Made by a program: the position numbers and the translations under genes. Below are positions 29,925 through 39,108 of a DNA stretch of 64,000 nt, one piece after another. This stretch comes from Porphyridium purpureum (Eukaryota): positions 620,001 to 684,000 of the forward strand of contig VRMN01000004.1 in the NCBI GenBank assembly GCA_008690995.1, given 5' to 3'. Position 1 is the stretch's first letter. Each line of letters starts with the position of its first letter. Below the pieces are notes generated by a model. It worked only from the letters and a program-made list of their open reading frames with translations, did no database searches and was not told the origin of the DNA.

Positions 29925-32090
29925 TTATGCAGCCGGTTCTTGCTCGAGCTCGACAATGACGCTTCCGTGATTGACAAATGCACCCACGGTGTGATTCACA
30001 ATGAGCACGGTGGCATCCCTTGGTGCAAGCACATTGTACGACATTTTCATAGCCTCAACGACAAACAGCGTATCTCCCTTGCGGACTGCGGCGCCTGGCT
30101 CGCAAAGTATACGTACGACCTTGCCAGACATTGGCGTCAGGATCTTGCTGGAATTCTCGCCAGGACCAGCACGACTGTCGTCCTTAAGCAAGCCAGCATG
30201 CTCTCGACTCCGTACGCGTACGAACACGCTACGAGTCGTGTTCATATGCGTATAACGCACCCATGCAAGATCTTGGGCATCTACAAAGTCAATGCGCGCT
30301 TGCGGCACGTTATGCCGCTCACTCAAAGCAGTGTCCTCCGTCCAAGACAGAGCGAGCCGAACGCATTCATCTGAAATGTTTGAATGATCGACTTGGACAA
30401 AGTTGCGACGGGGATCCTGTCCCTCCGTGGAAGATTCGACGAAGAATTGGTTGACTTCGTCTTCGGGAAAAAGTCGAGTCGTTATGCATGCGCTGGTGCT
30501 GTCACTCGCGTCGCTGTCATTGGCCGGCAGTACCTGCAATGTGATTGCCTCGTGTTCATTCACTCGAAAGTTCGCGAGCGACGGATGCGCCCATACGCTC
30601 GAGGGCATGCGAGCATGCTGAGCATACCGTTCCCGAAGAAAACTGGCGACAGATAAAATGCACACTGCGAGCGTATCAACTTCAGGATACGCGGTAAACT
30701 CTGTCGCTCGGCGGATGGCGAGCGAGGTGTCGAATCCTCCAGCGATAAACTCGGCGTCCTCTAGGACATTGCAAATGTAGTTCAAATTGGTCTGGATGCC
30801 CAGCACTGCACTGTTTTGCAGGGCACTCAGCAATTTGCGCCGCGCCTGTTCGCGAGTACCGCCGTGTGAAATTAACTTTCCAATCATGGGATCAAAAAAG
30901 ACTGTGACCTGGTCGCCACTTTCGAGGCCGCAGTCGACGCGGACGCGATCACTTAAATTTCCAGCGGTATCTTCACCTCGGTCATCAAGCACAAGCCGCT
31001 CGATGCGACCGGACTGAGGCAAAAAGTCGTGGCGCGGGTCCTCAGCGTAGAGCCTCGCCTCCATGGCATGCCCAAGTGGAAGCGCGGGGCGCTCTAAAAT
31101 GTCTTCAAGTTTTGCGCCCGCCGCTACCGCAAATTGCAACTCGACGAGGTCCACGCCGGTAACAAGCTCTGTTACGGGATGCTCAACCTGAAGTCGCGTG
31201 TTCATTTCCAGAAAATACATCTTGCCGTGGTCCGCGTCCAGATCATAAATTAACTCGACTGTGCCGGCATTCTGATAGCCGACCGCGCGTGCCGCATTCT
31301 CTGCAATGTCATAGATTTCGTTGCGCTGCGTCTCAGACAGATGAGGCGCAGGGGCCTCCTCAATGACTTTTTGGTGCCTCCTTTGCAGCGAGCAGTCCCG
31401 ATCAAAAAGATGGCTCACCTTTCCGTGCTGGTCCGCAATGATCTGCACTTCGATGTGCCGTGAGCGGGGAATGTACTTTTCCAAAATCAGCGTGTCTGCG
31501 CCGAACGCGTTTCGCGCTTCCGACTTGGCCGAAAGCACGGCATCTTCAAACTGCTTTTCAGAGCGTACCACACGCATGCCCTTGCCACCACCGCCATGCA
31601 CGGCTTTGATCATGATCGGAAAGCCAATGTTTCGGCACGCCTCATACTTGAGCCGCTCCACGGACTGGTCCGCAAGATCTTCGTATCCGGGCACGACGGG
31701 CACCCCGGCGCCTATCATGATGCGTCGCGCCTCCGCTTTACTACCCATTGCCCGTATTGCGTGCGCTGGCGGCCCGACAAACACCGACGACCGCATTGAA
31801 TTGCATGCGTCCGCGAAGGCCGCATTCTCACTGAGAAAGCCGTACCCCGGGTGTACGCAACGCGCGCCGCTCTTTTCCACCAGCTCCAGAATTCGCGCCG
31901 CGTTCAAATACGCCCTACCGTCCTCCTCACGCAGCGCATAACTCTCATCTGCCAAGCGCACGTGCTTCGCGTACCGGTCGGCTGGACTATACACGGCCAC
32001 AGTCCGCATGCCAAGCTTGCGCGCGGTGCGAATCACGCGCACTGCGATTTCGCCGCGGTTGGCCACCAGCACGGACTCTAGCACCACCAT
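29925..32090 (-). CDS. MCCA: Biotin carboxylase plus biotin carrier, most like the 3-methylcrotonyl-CoA carboxylase alpha subunit
   Basis: Motifs VANRGEIA, HPGYGFLSEN, GGGGKGMR, RDCSLQRRHQKVIEEAP, FLEMNTRLQVEHPVTE, EARLYAEDP and the biotinylation motif EAMKM. Confidence 0.85.
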   Translation of the reverse strand: MVVLESVLVANRGEIAVRVIRTARKLGMRTVAVYSPADRYAKHVRLADESYALREEDGRAYLNAARILELVEKSGARCVHPGYGFLSENAAFADACNSMRSSVFVGPPAHAIRAMGSKAEARRIMIGAGVPVVPGYEDLADQSVERLKYEACRNIGFPIMIKAVHGGGGKGMRVVRSEKQFEDAVLSAKSEARNAFGADTLILEKYIPRSRHIEVQIIADQHGKVSHLFDRDCSLQRRHQKVIEEAPAPHLSETQRNEIYDIAENAARAVGYQNAGTVELIYDLDADHGKMYFLEMNTRLQVEHPVTELVTGVDLVELQFAVAAGAKLEDILERPALPLGHAMEARLYAEDPRHDFLPQSGRIERLVLDDRGEDTAGNLSDRVRVDCGLESGDQVTVFFDPMIGKLISHGGTREQARRKLLSALQNSAVLGIQTNLNYICNVLEDAEFIAGGFDTSLAIRRATEFTAYPEVDTLAVCILSVASFLRERYAQHARMPSSVWAHPSLANFRVNEHEAITLQVLPANDSDASDSTSACITTRLFPEDEVNQFFVESSTEGQDPRRNFVQVDHSNISDECVRLALSWTEDTALSERHNVPQARIDFVDAQDLAWVRYTHMNTTRSVFVRVRSREHAGLLKDDSRAGPGENSSKILTPMSGKVVRILCEPGAAVRKGDTLFVVEAMKMSYNVLAPRDATVLIVNHTVGAFVNHGSVIVELEQEPAA

Positions 32091-32422
32091 GGTCGATTCA
32101 GCCGCCGTGCTCTCTGTGACCCACACTGTCACCGTCGCTTCTTCTCAACACGCCCATCCCTTACAACCCACCTACTCTTCCCCCTCACTTCACATGTCGC
32201 AGCTGCCTTCCAACCACCATCAACCTCCCAGATTTTTTGGTTTCATCTCCAAACGGACAAAACGGTTTCCGGTTTATCGAATCGGTTCATGGTGAGCCAA
32301 ACCGGTAAACCGAATTCGGACGGGAAGTGGCTGCTGAGCCGGCGTGAAGGGGGGAAAGTTCTTGGGTCTGCGCAGCGACACACGGTCTTGGCAACAAAGA
32401 CCTGGGAAGGCGAATAGGAAAG

Positions 32423-35068
32423 ATGCGGATGCGCGTGCGCGCAAATGCGCTACGTCAGCCTATTCGATTCGGGCGGTACAGGTATGCTGTGTGGAGCGAT
32501 GGTGCCAGAGGCTATAACGTGTCGAGAGCCGCGAGCACATCGACGTATGCGTCGTCCTCGCAGCTGGCAGCGTCGTCGCCTTCGTTGCGGGCGCGAAAAG
32601 CGCCGCGGCCAGCTCCCAAGATCCAGAGTGCGGCAAAGATGGCAGCTTTCAACGGATGGGGCTTTACCGCGAATCTCATTCGCTCCAGAATGCTCGCGCG
32701 AATGGAACTGGACGTGGAAGCTCAGGTGGAATTGTCGAAAAGGCTCCGCGTGCAAGGGAGCCCGTCATGCGACGTTGTGACGCCTCTGGCAGATGTAGAG
32801 CAACCTCGAACGATTCCGGAAACGAAGGATCTGACGCTCGATGAAATCAGAACTCGTGATCGCACCGATTTTCTCCCTGAGAAAGACACACAAACAGGAG
32901 GAATGGAACGAGAGATGCACATCGCAGACAATGCGATAGACAGTGTCATCCTAGATCCAGAGATGCGCAGTCAGCGTGTGCTGGCGCAGAACCACTCATG
33001 CTTGCCGGACCTTACCAGCCAATCTCAGAAGCCGACGCCGTCGCCGCCGGTGCATCCTCAGCCGCAGCAACAAACCTTCGCCGACACCGACGGGTCCCAG
33101 CAGTCGAGGAAAACACTGTATGATTACAGAAAAGAGCAGGACGATGCCTGGGATCAGGAACGGCAGAAACTGCGCAGAGCCATGCCCTCGCTTCATAAGC
33201 TTGGCGTGCATGACATTACCTTGAGCTACATGGCGTCCCTTCGAATCAGCGAACCAAATCAGTTGCAGATGGATGCATTTGACCCAATTGCAAAGGGTAG
33301 AAACGTGTTGATTTCCTCTGAGACAGGTAGCGGTAAAACATTCGCGGCTTCTTTCCCAGTTATATCATCGCTGCTTGGTCGACAGGCAAAGCGAGGCGCG
33401 CTGCTGGATCCGCCTCGCCGGCCGATTGTGGTAGTGTTGGTTCCCACAAAGGAACTTGGAGCCCAGCACGCATTCGTGATGCGAAGTATGTCACGAGCAG
33501 GACATATCAACCCTTTGAACATAATCAGCCTGGTGGGCGTGCTTCATCAACAAACCCGCTTTAGTACGAAACGCTTCCGGACCATGCCGACGCACGTGCT
33601 CGTAACGACGCCAGATTTGCTCCTGAACTTTTACCACAATAAGGAAGTGTTCTTTTCGCGAACTTCCACCCTGATCATCGACGAGGCTGATATCATGTTT
33701 ACGCGAGAAGGCTTTCGGGAAGCAGTTGAGGAATTGCTTTCTATCATGCGCAAGACACCTACCGATCGACCAGCTGCGCAGAGCAGTGATAGCAGGAGTG
33801 TTGGCAGTCGCCGTCTTCAAGTGCTTCTACTATCGGCGATCGCCACTCGCGGAGTACAGCAATCGATTCGCAAGCTTGTGCCGGACTTTGAATTGATCCA
33901 GTCCGCACAGTTACATCACGTGAAGAATATGGAGAAATTGAAACTACGCTTCATCCAGCTGCACGGTACGGGGGCAAAGGAAAAGGCTTTCAAATCCATT
34001 CTTGAGGAGGACTCTTTGCAACTGGAAAAGAGTGAAAAGTCGATACCAAAGACGATGATCTTTTGCGCAAGTGTTCCTAGTTGCCGATTTGTCATGACCC
34101 TTCTGCATAATCACGTGTCGCAAAGCAGCTTTGTGGGGCTGCACAGTCAGCTGAGTCCGACAGTCCGCCGAAACCAGTGGAATACTTACGTGGATCCGGG
34201 CATGGATGTGCCGTACCTCGTGACAACTGATCTCGGCTCTAGAGGTCTTGACCATCTAGGCACACGACGCGTCATTTTATTCGACTTTCCAGGCAGCATG
34301 ACAGACTACATGCACCGCGTGGGCCGCATTCGTGGCCCGGGTCAAGTGGTAGCACTGATTGGCAAATCGGACCTCAAGGCAGCGACCATGGCAAATGCCG
34401 CGCACAAGCAGAGGAAAGGCTTCGAAGAAATTGGCTGGTTCGGCTCGAACAAGCGCACCATCAAGGTCAGTGCGGAAATGAAAGCGCACCACGCGAAATG
34501 GGAGCATGTTTACGCGGACGGGTTTGAATCATCACAAGACGGTGGTGAGAAGGAAGTTGCTATTGAAGACATATCACAGAATGAGGGACAGGCCGAAAAT
34601 TTTGCGAGTGACGGAGACTGGTGGCGCGCAGATGGATACAAGGCTCCTCGCTTCTTCAGTGCAGACGGGCAGGAGACTGATCGAACAGGTCGCACACTCC
34701 GCGCGAGAAAGTTGGCGTCTAATGAGCTCAAGGGAGAAGAACAGCCATCGGGTGCTACTCCTGTGGCCCAGAATGAAGTTGCGCGCGCGCGCAAACGTTC
34801 CACAAAGGAACAGGGGGCTCTTCATGCAGCACAGGAGACAGTCTCGCGTCGGCCACAACGCAATGAGAAGGAGCGGCGTGGGCCTACCATTTTGAAGATT
34901 TCCAAGAGACGTTTGCGACGAAAGGCCGAAGCGATGAAAAGGCTGAATGCAGCGGCGCGAATTGATCAAGCGCGGGTGCCCAGATCATCAAACCGGAAAA
35001 GATCTGTGCCAGCGAAGCGCAGCGACAGCCGACGAGCTCCAAAGGGGCAAAGTCGTGGTCGGAAATGA
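32423..35068 (+). CDS. DEAD-box RNA helicase with an organellar-type N-terminal extension
   Basis: Motifs SETGSGKT, PTKEL, TTP, DEAD, SAI, RGLD, HRVGR, plus a basic tail. Confidence 0.9.
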   Translation: MRMRVRANALRQPIRFGRYRYAVWSDGARGYNVSRAASTSTYASSSQLAASSPSLRARKAPRPAPKIQSAAKMAAFNGWGFTANLIRSRMLARMELDVEAQVELSKRLRVQGSPSCDVVTPLADVEQPRTIPETKDLTLDEIRTRDRTDFLPEKDTQTGGMEREMHIADNAIDSVILDPEMRSQRVLAQNHSCLPDLTSQSQKPTPSPPVHPQPQQQTFADTDGSQQSRKTLYDYRKEQDDAWDQERQKLRRAMPSLHKLGVHDITLSYMASLRISEPNQLQMDAFDPIAKGRNVLISSETGSGKTFAASFPVISSLLGRQAKRGALLDPPRRPIVVVLVPTKELGAQHAFVMRSMSRAGHINPLNIISLVGVLHQQTRFSTKRFRTMPTHVLVTTPDLLLNFYHNKEVFFSRTSTLIIDEADIMFTREGFREAVEELLSIMRKTPTDRPAAQSSDSRSVGSRRLQVLLLSAIATRGVQQSIRKLVPDFELIQSAQLHHVKNMEKLKLRFIQLHGTGAKEKAFKSILEEDSLQLEKSEKSIPKTMIFCASVPSCRFVMTLLHNHVSQSSFVGLHSQLSPTVRRNQWNTYVDPGMDVPYLVTTDLGSRGLDHLGTRRVILFDFPGSMTDYMHRVGRIRGPGQVVALIGKSDLKAATMANAAHKQRKGFEEIGWFGSNKRTIKVSAEMKAHHAKWEHVYADGFESSQDGGEKEVAIEDISQNEGQAENFASDGDWWRADGYKAPRFFSADGQETDRTGRTLRARKLASNELKGEEQPSGATPVAQNEVARARKRSTKEQGALHAAQETVSRRPQRNEKERRGPTILKISKRRLRRKAEAMKRLNAAARIDQARVPRSSNRKRSVPAKRSDSRRAPKGQSRGRK

Positions 35069-35182
35069 TCGGAATTGGGCACAAAATAAATGCACCTGAA
35101 GACCATGTACACTGCCCTTATAACGGATATGCTCAGCAGGACTCTAAGCATGACCGTCGAGTTCGGCTATGAGTCTTTCAAT

Positions 35183-36496
35183 CTACTGCTTCTTCTTTGC
35201 TACGGTGTCGGCTCGCTTCTCAGTGACGAGGCGCTTTGGACGGAACGGGAAAAATAGAACAAATGCACACCACAATATGCAAGCGCTGAGCCACGAAAAC
35301 TTCACGGTTGGTGTGAAGTAATCAAGAAAGCGATGCGGGAAAATGTCCGGTCCAAACTTGAGAATGATGCAAATCTCAGTAAGAATGATAGCGGAGAGGA
35401 TCCACGCCTGTGAGCCAAAGCGATGACATGATGGGTCTGACACGTACTGGTACATTTCTCGCACAGCCGGAAACGCAGCACACGCGTTTATAACTAAGCG
35501 GAAGAAGTTGAGCTTTGACTCCACGCGAACGTCAAGCACGGCTTTGAGAAAAAACGCGTTCAAGTCGGCCATCATGAGAAAGAAAAGTAGCGCTGACGAC
35601 GCGAGAAACTGAAACCTGCTCTCAAACACGTGCCATCGAAAGCTGTCGAATTTCTGTGGGGTGAAGAGACTGAAGAACGCCGCCGTCATGCGAACCGACA
35701 GCGGCGGCTGCTTATTAGACACGTACGTCCAGTGAAAGCGGCTGGCCCCGAGATACCGGCAGAACCACAAGCCAGCCTCAATTCCAATCCAGTTACACAA
35801 TAGCACGTCCAGCACCCAGCTGTCCCACCAACACTCTCTGAAATTCAGCAGCATATTTCGAAAGGTGAGCTCTAGCAGCTCAAATACAACAGACGCGACC
35901 AGCAGCAGAGCACGATCACGAATCATCATTGCCTTGACAAACCATCCCGCGGCATGGCTAATGACAAAGACGTCTATCTTGGCGCCCACGTTCGTCCAGG
36001 TCAGTGAGCAATCGTCTGCATGTGTGACGGAGTCCACAAAGTTAGTGCCTGTGTACAAAGGATCCAGATACGCCAGCACAGAAATGGCTGTCGTGCGTGT
36101 TTGCATGAGAAGAAAAACTAAGAACATGAGATACAGCAGCGACACGCCCATCACCAGCCTCCAGAATACAGGAAACGGGCGCCGATAAAGCCCGTCCTGA
36201 AATTGCAGACAGCCATACACCAGCAGCGGAATGCACGCCATCCACACGCCCAGCGCGACGGCATCTTCCTGCGACGCAGCTCTGTGAGTCCCGCCAAACG
36301 CGGCATATATGAACACACTCACCACGGACACCAGCAAGGTTGCGGTATGCGGGCGCTGGTAGACATCTTCCACCACGCGCGTCAGGCGCGATGAGATTGC
36401 CACCTCCGCGATAGCATCCACTGGATACGGTGGCTCGTTGCCCGCACGTGCTGCTCGCCGTCCCGCCTCTCCCGGCATGACGCCATGCCCATTCAT
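35183..36496 (-). CDS. PSS1: Phosphatidylserine synthase, base-exchange (PTDSS/PSS1) type
   Basis: Motifs RPHT, RPFPVFWR, FELLELTF...L.NFRECWWDSWVLDVLLCN, LNAFFLK, AVREMY.Y. Multi-pass membrane protein. Confidence 0.92.
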   Translation of the reverse strand: MNGHGVMPGEAGRRAARAGNEPPYPVDAIAEVAISSRLTRVVEDVYQRPHTATLLVSVVSVFIYAAFGGTHRAASQEDAVALGVWMACIPLLVYGCLQFQDGLYRRPFPVFWRLVMGVSLLYLMFLVFLLMQTRTTAISVLAYLDPLYTGTNFVDSVTHADDCSLTWTNVGAKIDVFVISHAAGWFVKAMMIRDRALLLVASVVFELLELTFRNMLLNFRECWWDSWVLDVLLCNWIGIEAGLWFCRYLGASRFHWTYVSNKQPPLSVRMTAAFFSLFTPQKFDSFRWHVFESRFQFLASSALLFFLMMADLNAFFLKAVLDVRVESKLNFFRLVINACAAFPAVREMYQYVSDPSCHRFGSQAWILSAIILTEICIILKFGPDIFPHRFLDYFTPTVKFSWLSACILWCAFVLFFPFRPKRLVTEKRADTVAKKKQ

Positions 36497-36649
36497 TCAC
36501 AATCTCCGGCTCGTCTGGCGCGCGCTGTCGTGTGGCTCCTTCCCTGCTTCGTCATGCGGCAAAATGTGTCGACAACGACGTGCGGCATTTGAATGTAGGG
36601 ACCCACGAAGACCAAATACATGGGCGGATGTGCTAGGCTTTACGTAGAT

Positions 36650-38089
36650 TCAAGGGCGGTCGATGAGACCGCGACGGTCTTCTGAGCGCAGGCAGCGCGC
36701 AACAATGGTTGCAGTTGCGACTACAGATAGAGCAACTAGAGAGACTTTAAGTATGCGCATCCAGTGCCATGCGCGCTGTGCTGCGATGGCTCCGGTCGAT
36801 GCGTTCACCCACACTTGGTACGTCTTTCCTGTCCGGTCCTGGTACTGCGCGGACCAGAATGGAAGCAAGACGCGCTCCACATTCAGAAAAGCGTACGACT
36901 CTTCTTCCACACTCAGCTTGAAAGCGCTTCGATCTTCCGGCCCGTCTAGAGGAAGCAAGCAGTCTTCTTGCCCGCGCCTTGGCCGCGGCGCTCGACGCTG
37001 GTTTTGTCTATATTCCCGCTGCTCCTGCTGCTGCATCAGCGAATGCTTCAGTTCCGCGCGACTCACTTTGCTCGCTTTGGCCTCCATCCGGCGCTCCAGC
37101 TCCCACGGCGAATTGATCGAAGTCATGTCCACCGGCACAGTGTGAACAGAAACCCCGTGACTTTGTTCGTCTTCCTGCATATCCAAGCCTAAGGCCTGGT
37201 GCGTGAGCGAGATCAGCCAATGGCCCGCCGAGGCCCCGCCGTGAATACGACTGACATGGTTCAGGTCGACGTGCTCAAACGCTTCGGACCAGCCATGGGG
37301 ACTCCTTCCGCGTTCTACCGGAAGCGACGTGAAACACGCACCGAGCACTGAAAGCTTGGCGTGGTGTTCAAAAATACCGCGCTGAATTCGCGTGTTTGAT
37401 GCCGAGACTCCACTGGATGACAGCTCTTGCAGGACCGCGTCTAGAACCGTCAGCGGATCCGACAGCGACGAAGAAGATAAGGATGGCGGCAATGTCTCCG
37501 TCATCATACAATAAGAGAGCGTGGCGTGACACTCCGCGAAATAGTACGGTACAAGGTACACGGTCATTCCAAGCAACCGCGGTGCCCGTCCTTGGGCATC
37601 CACTACGTTCTCATACGGAAGAAACCACTGGTGTTCAAACCACGCGTCAAATCGTTCTTGGAGCTGGACGGTGTTGCATACCACCCTCAACGGCACTACG
37701 CTATCTGCCCAACTTAACGTCATGGCTTCATCATGCACGAAATGTATGTCATAGCTTGGTTCGGGCACGCGCTCGGACGTGACACGCGGCTCTGAGTAGC
37801 TACCACGCACTTCCCGAACGTCTGGGTCTCTAGAACCTTGACTACGATGCACAAGGTCGACCAAGCGCACGGCGCGTCGGTCTACTGGTAGTGCCGCCAC
37901 GCCAGACGCATGCAGCACAAAGCTCGCTCGGCACTGCGGACATGAAACAGCGCCGCCTCCTGCCGCGTGTTGCACGAGCTGTAGAATGCAACCGCGGCAG
38001 AAAGTGTGGTGGCATGGTAAGAAGCGCGGGTCGCGCAGCTCGCCGAGGCAAATCCCACAGCTAATTTCCTCGCTCAAGGCTTCGTCCAT
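36650..38089 (-). CDS. C3HC4 RING-finger protein with an uncharacterised membrane-anchored C-terminal domain
   Basis: RING motif CGIC...LPCHHTFCRGC...CPQC. C-terminal LLPFW..QY...GKTY.VWVNASTG followed by a TM helix. Confidence 0.85.
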   Translation of the reverse strand: MDEALSEEISCGICLGELRDPRFLPCHHTFCRGCILQLVQHAAGGGAVSCPQCRASFVLHASGVAALPVDRRAVRLVDLVHRSQGSRDPDVREVRGSYSEPRVTSERVPEPSYDIHFVHDEAMTLSWADSVVPLRVVCNTVQLQERFDAWFEHQWFLPYENVVDAQGRAPRLLGMTVYLVPYYFAECHATLSYCMMTETLPPSLSSSSLSDPLTVLDAVLQELSSSGVSASNTRIQRGIFEHHAKLSVLGACFTSLPVERGRSPHGWSEAFEHVDLNHVSRIHGGASAGHWLISLTHQALGLDMQEDEQSHGVSVHTVPVDMTSINSPWELERRMEAKASKVSRAELKHSLMQQQEQREYRQNQRRAPRPRRGQEDCLLPLDGPEDRSAFKLSVEEESYAFLNVERVLLPFWSAQYQDRTGKTYQVWVNASTGAIAAQRAWHWMRILKVSLVALSVVATATIVARCLRSEDRRGLIDRP

Positions 38090-38130
38090 GCTTTCGCGGA
38101 TTTCTCGCGCCGTACAAGTGTTTAAGCGTT

Positions 38131-38970
38131 TTACTTTGGGGCGTCAGTGGTCTCCATCGGCTTCTCAGGGAGCAGAATGGTCTCTGTGGTGAAATTGAAG
38201 TTGGTGTAGCAGCACATTTGGGCGGCTATGCGCATCGACTTTGTCGCGATTTGTTCGGCATTCATCCCTTCCATGTCCATCAGCGCACGGGCGGCGGCTA
38301 TGGCAAACTGTCCGCCGCTCCCGATGCCCACAATACCGTCTTCGGTGTCAAGCACGTCGCCATTGCCAGTCAGTGTCAGGGAGAGATCATCGTCACACAC
38401 CAGCATGAGCGCATCCAGTTTGCGGAGGTACTTGTCCATGCGCCAGTCCTTTGCAAGCTCGACGCACGCACGCAGCAGCTGGCCCGGGTGCTCGTCGATC
38501 TTGAGCTCTAGGCGCTCAAGCAGGGTGAGTGCATCTGAAGTTGTGCCCGCAAAGCCGGCAATGACCTTCTTGTCGGGCCCAATACGGCGCACCTTGCGCG
38601 CGTTCCCCTTGACCACAATGGAGCCCATGGAGACCTGGCCATCGCCGACAACGCTGACCATATTTCCCTTGCGCACGGACAAGATTGTGGTTCCATGCCA
38701 CGTCACGCCGCCAGACAAGGTCCGTCTGGGCGGCATTGACCACGGCGCCATGTGCGCGCTCATGCCAGATCCCGGTGTGGCCATTGGCGCGCGGGACGAG
38801 CTTCTGATCGCGACGTCGGCACTGGGCCGCGATGCGGCCGACGCGGCCCATGCGCGCGATCCTTGCAGAAACCTAGACATACAGTGACGCATGCTATCCC
38901 AGCAGTGTTCTTTATCCTGTTCTACGCATCGATCCACCACACCACCACCAGCACCAGCTCTTGTCTCCAC
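38131..38970 (-). CDS. hslV: HslV/ClpQ protease subunit with a presequence
   Basis: [10 protein letters not shown] (N-terminal Thr nucleophile), [40 protein letters not shown]. Confidence 0.93.
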   Translation of the reverse strand: METRAGAGGGVVDRCVEQDKEHCWDSMRHCMSRFLQGSRAWAASAASRPSADVAIRSSSRAPMATPGSGMSAHMAPWSMPPRRTLSGGVTWHGTTILSVRKGNMVSVVGDGQVSMGSIVVKGNARKVRRIGPDKKVIAGFAGTTSDALTLLERLELKIDEHPGQLLRACVELAKDWRMDKYLRKLDALMLVCDDDLSLTLTGNGDVLDTEDGIVGIGSGGQFAIAAARALMDMEGMNAEQIATKSMRIAAQMCCYTNFNFTTETILLPEKPMETTDAPK

Positions 38971-39040
38971 TATCCACCACCTGCTGCTTCTCGTAGTGCC
39001 AGCAAGGGGGAGACCAACCCGGCAACCAACGAGAAAAGAG

Positions 39041-39066
39041 GAACCCTAGAAACCCTAGAAACCCTA
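39041..39066. repeat. Three tandem (A)AACCCTA(G) telo-box-like units
   Basis: g-aaccctag-aaaccctag-aaacccta, about 70-95 bp upstream of the hslV ATG. Confidence 0.6.
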
Positions 39067-39108
39067 CGGCCAACAGAGGAGGGGGAGCGTGCACGTGCTT
39101 GCTGCTGC

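Noticed and set aside
33820..34340. DEAD helicase motif variants (SAI, HRVGRIR)
   Set aside because: Within the variation seen in organellar DEAD-box proteins; the core motifs are intact.
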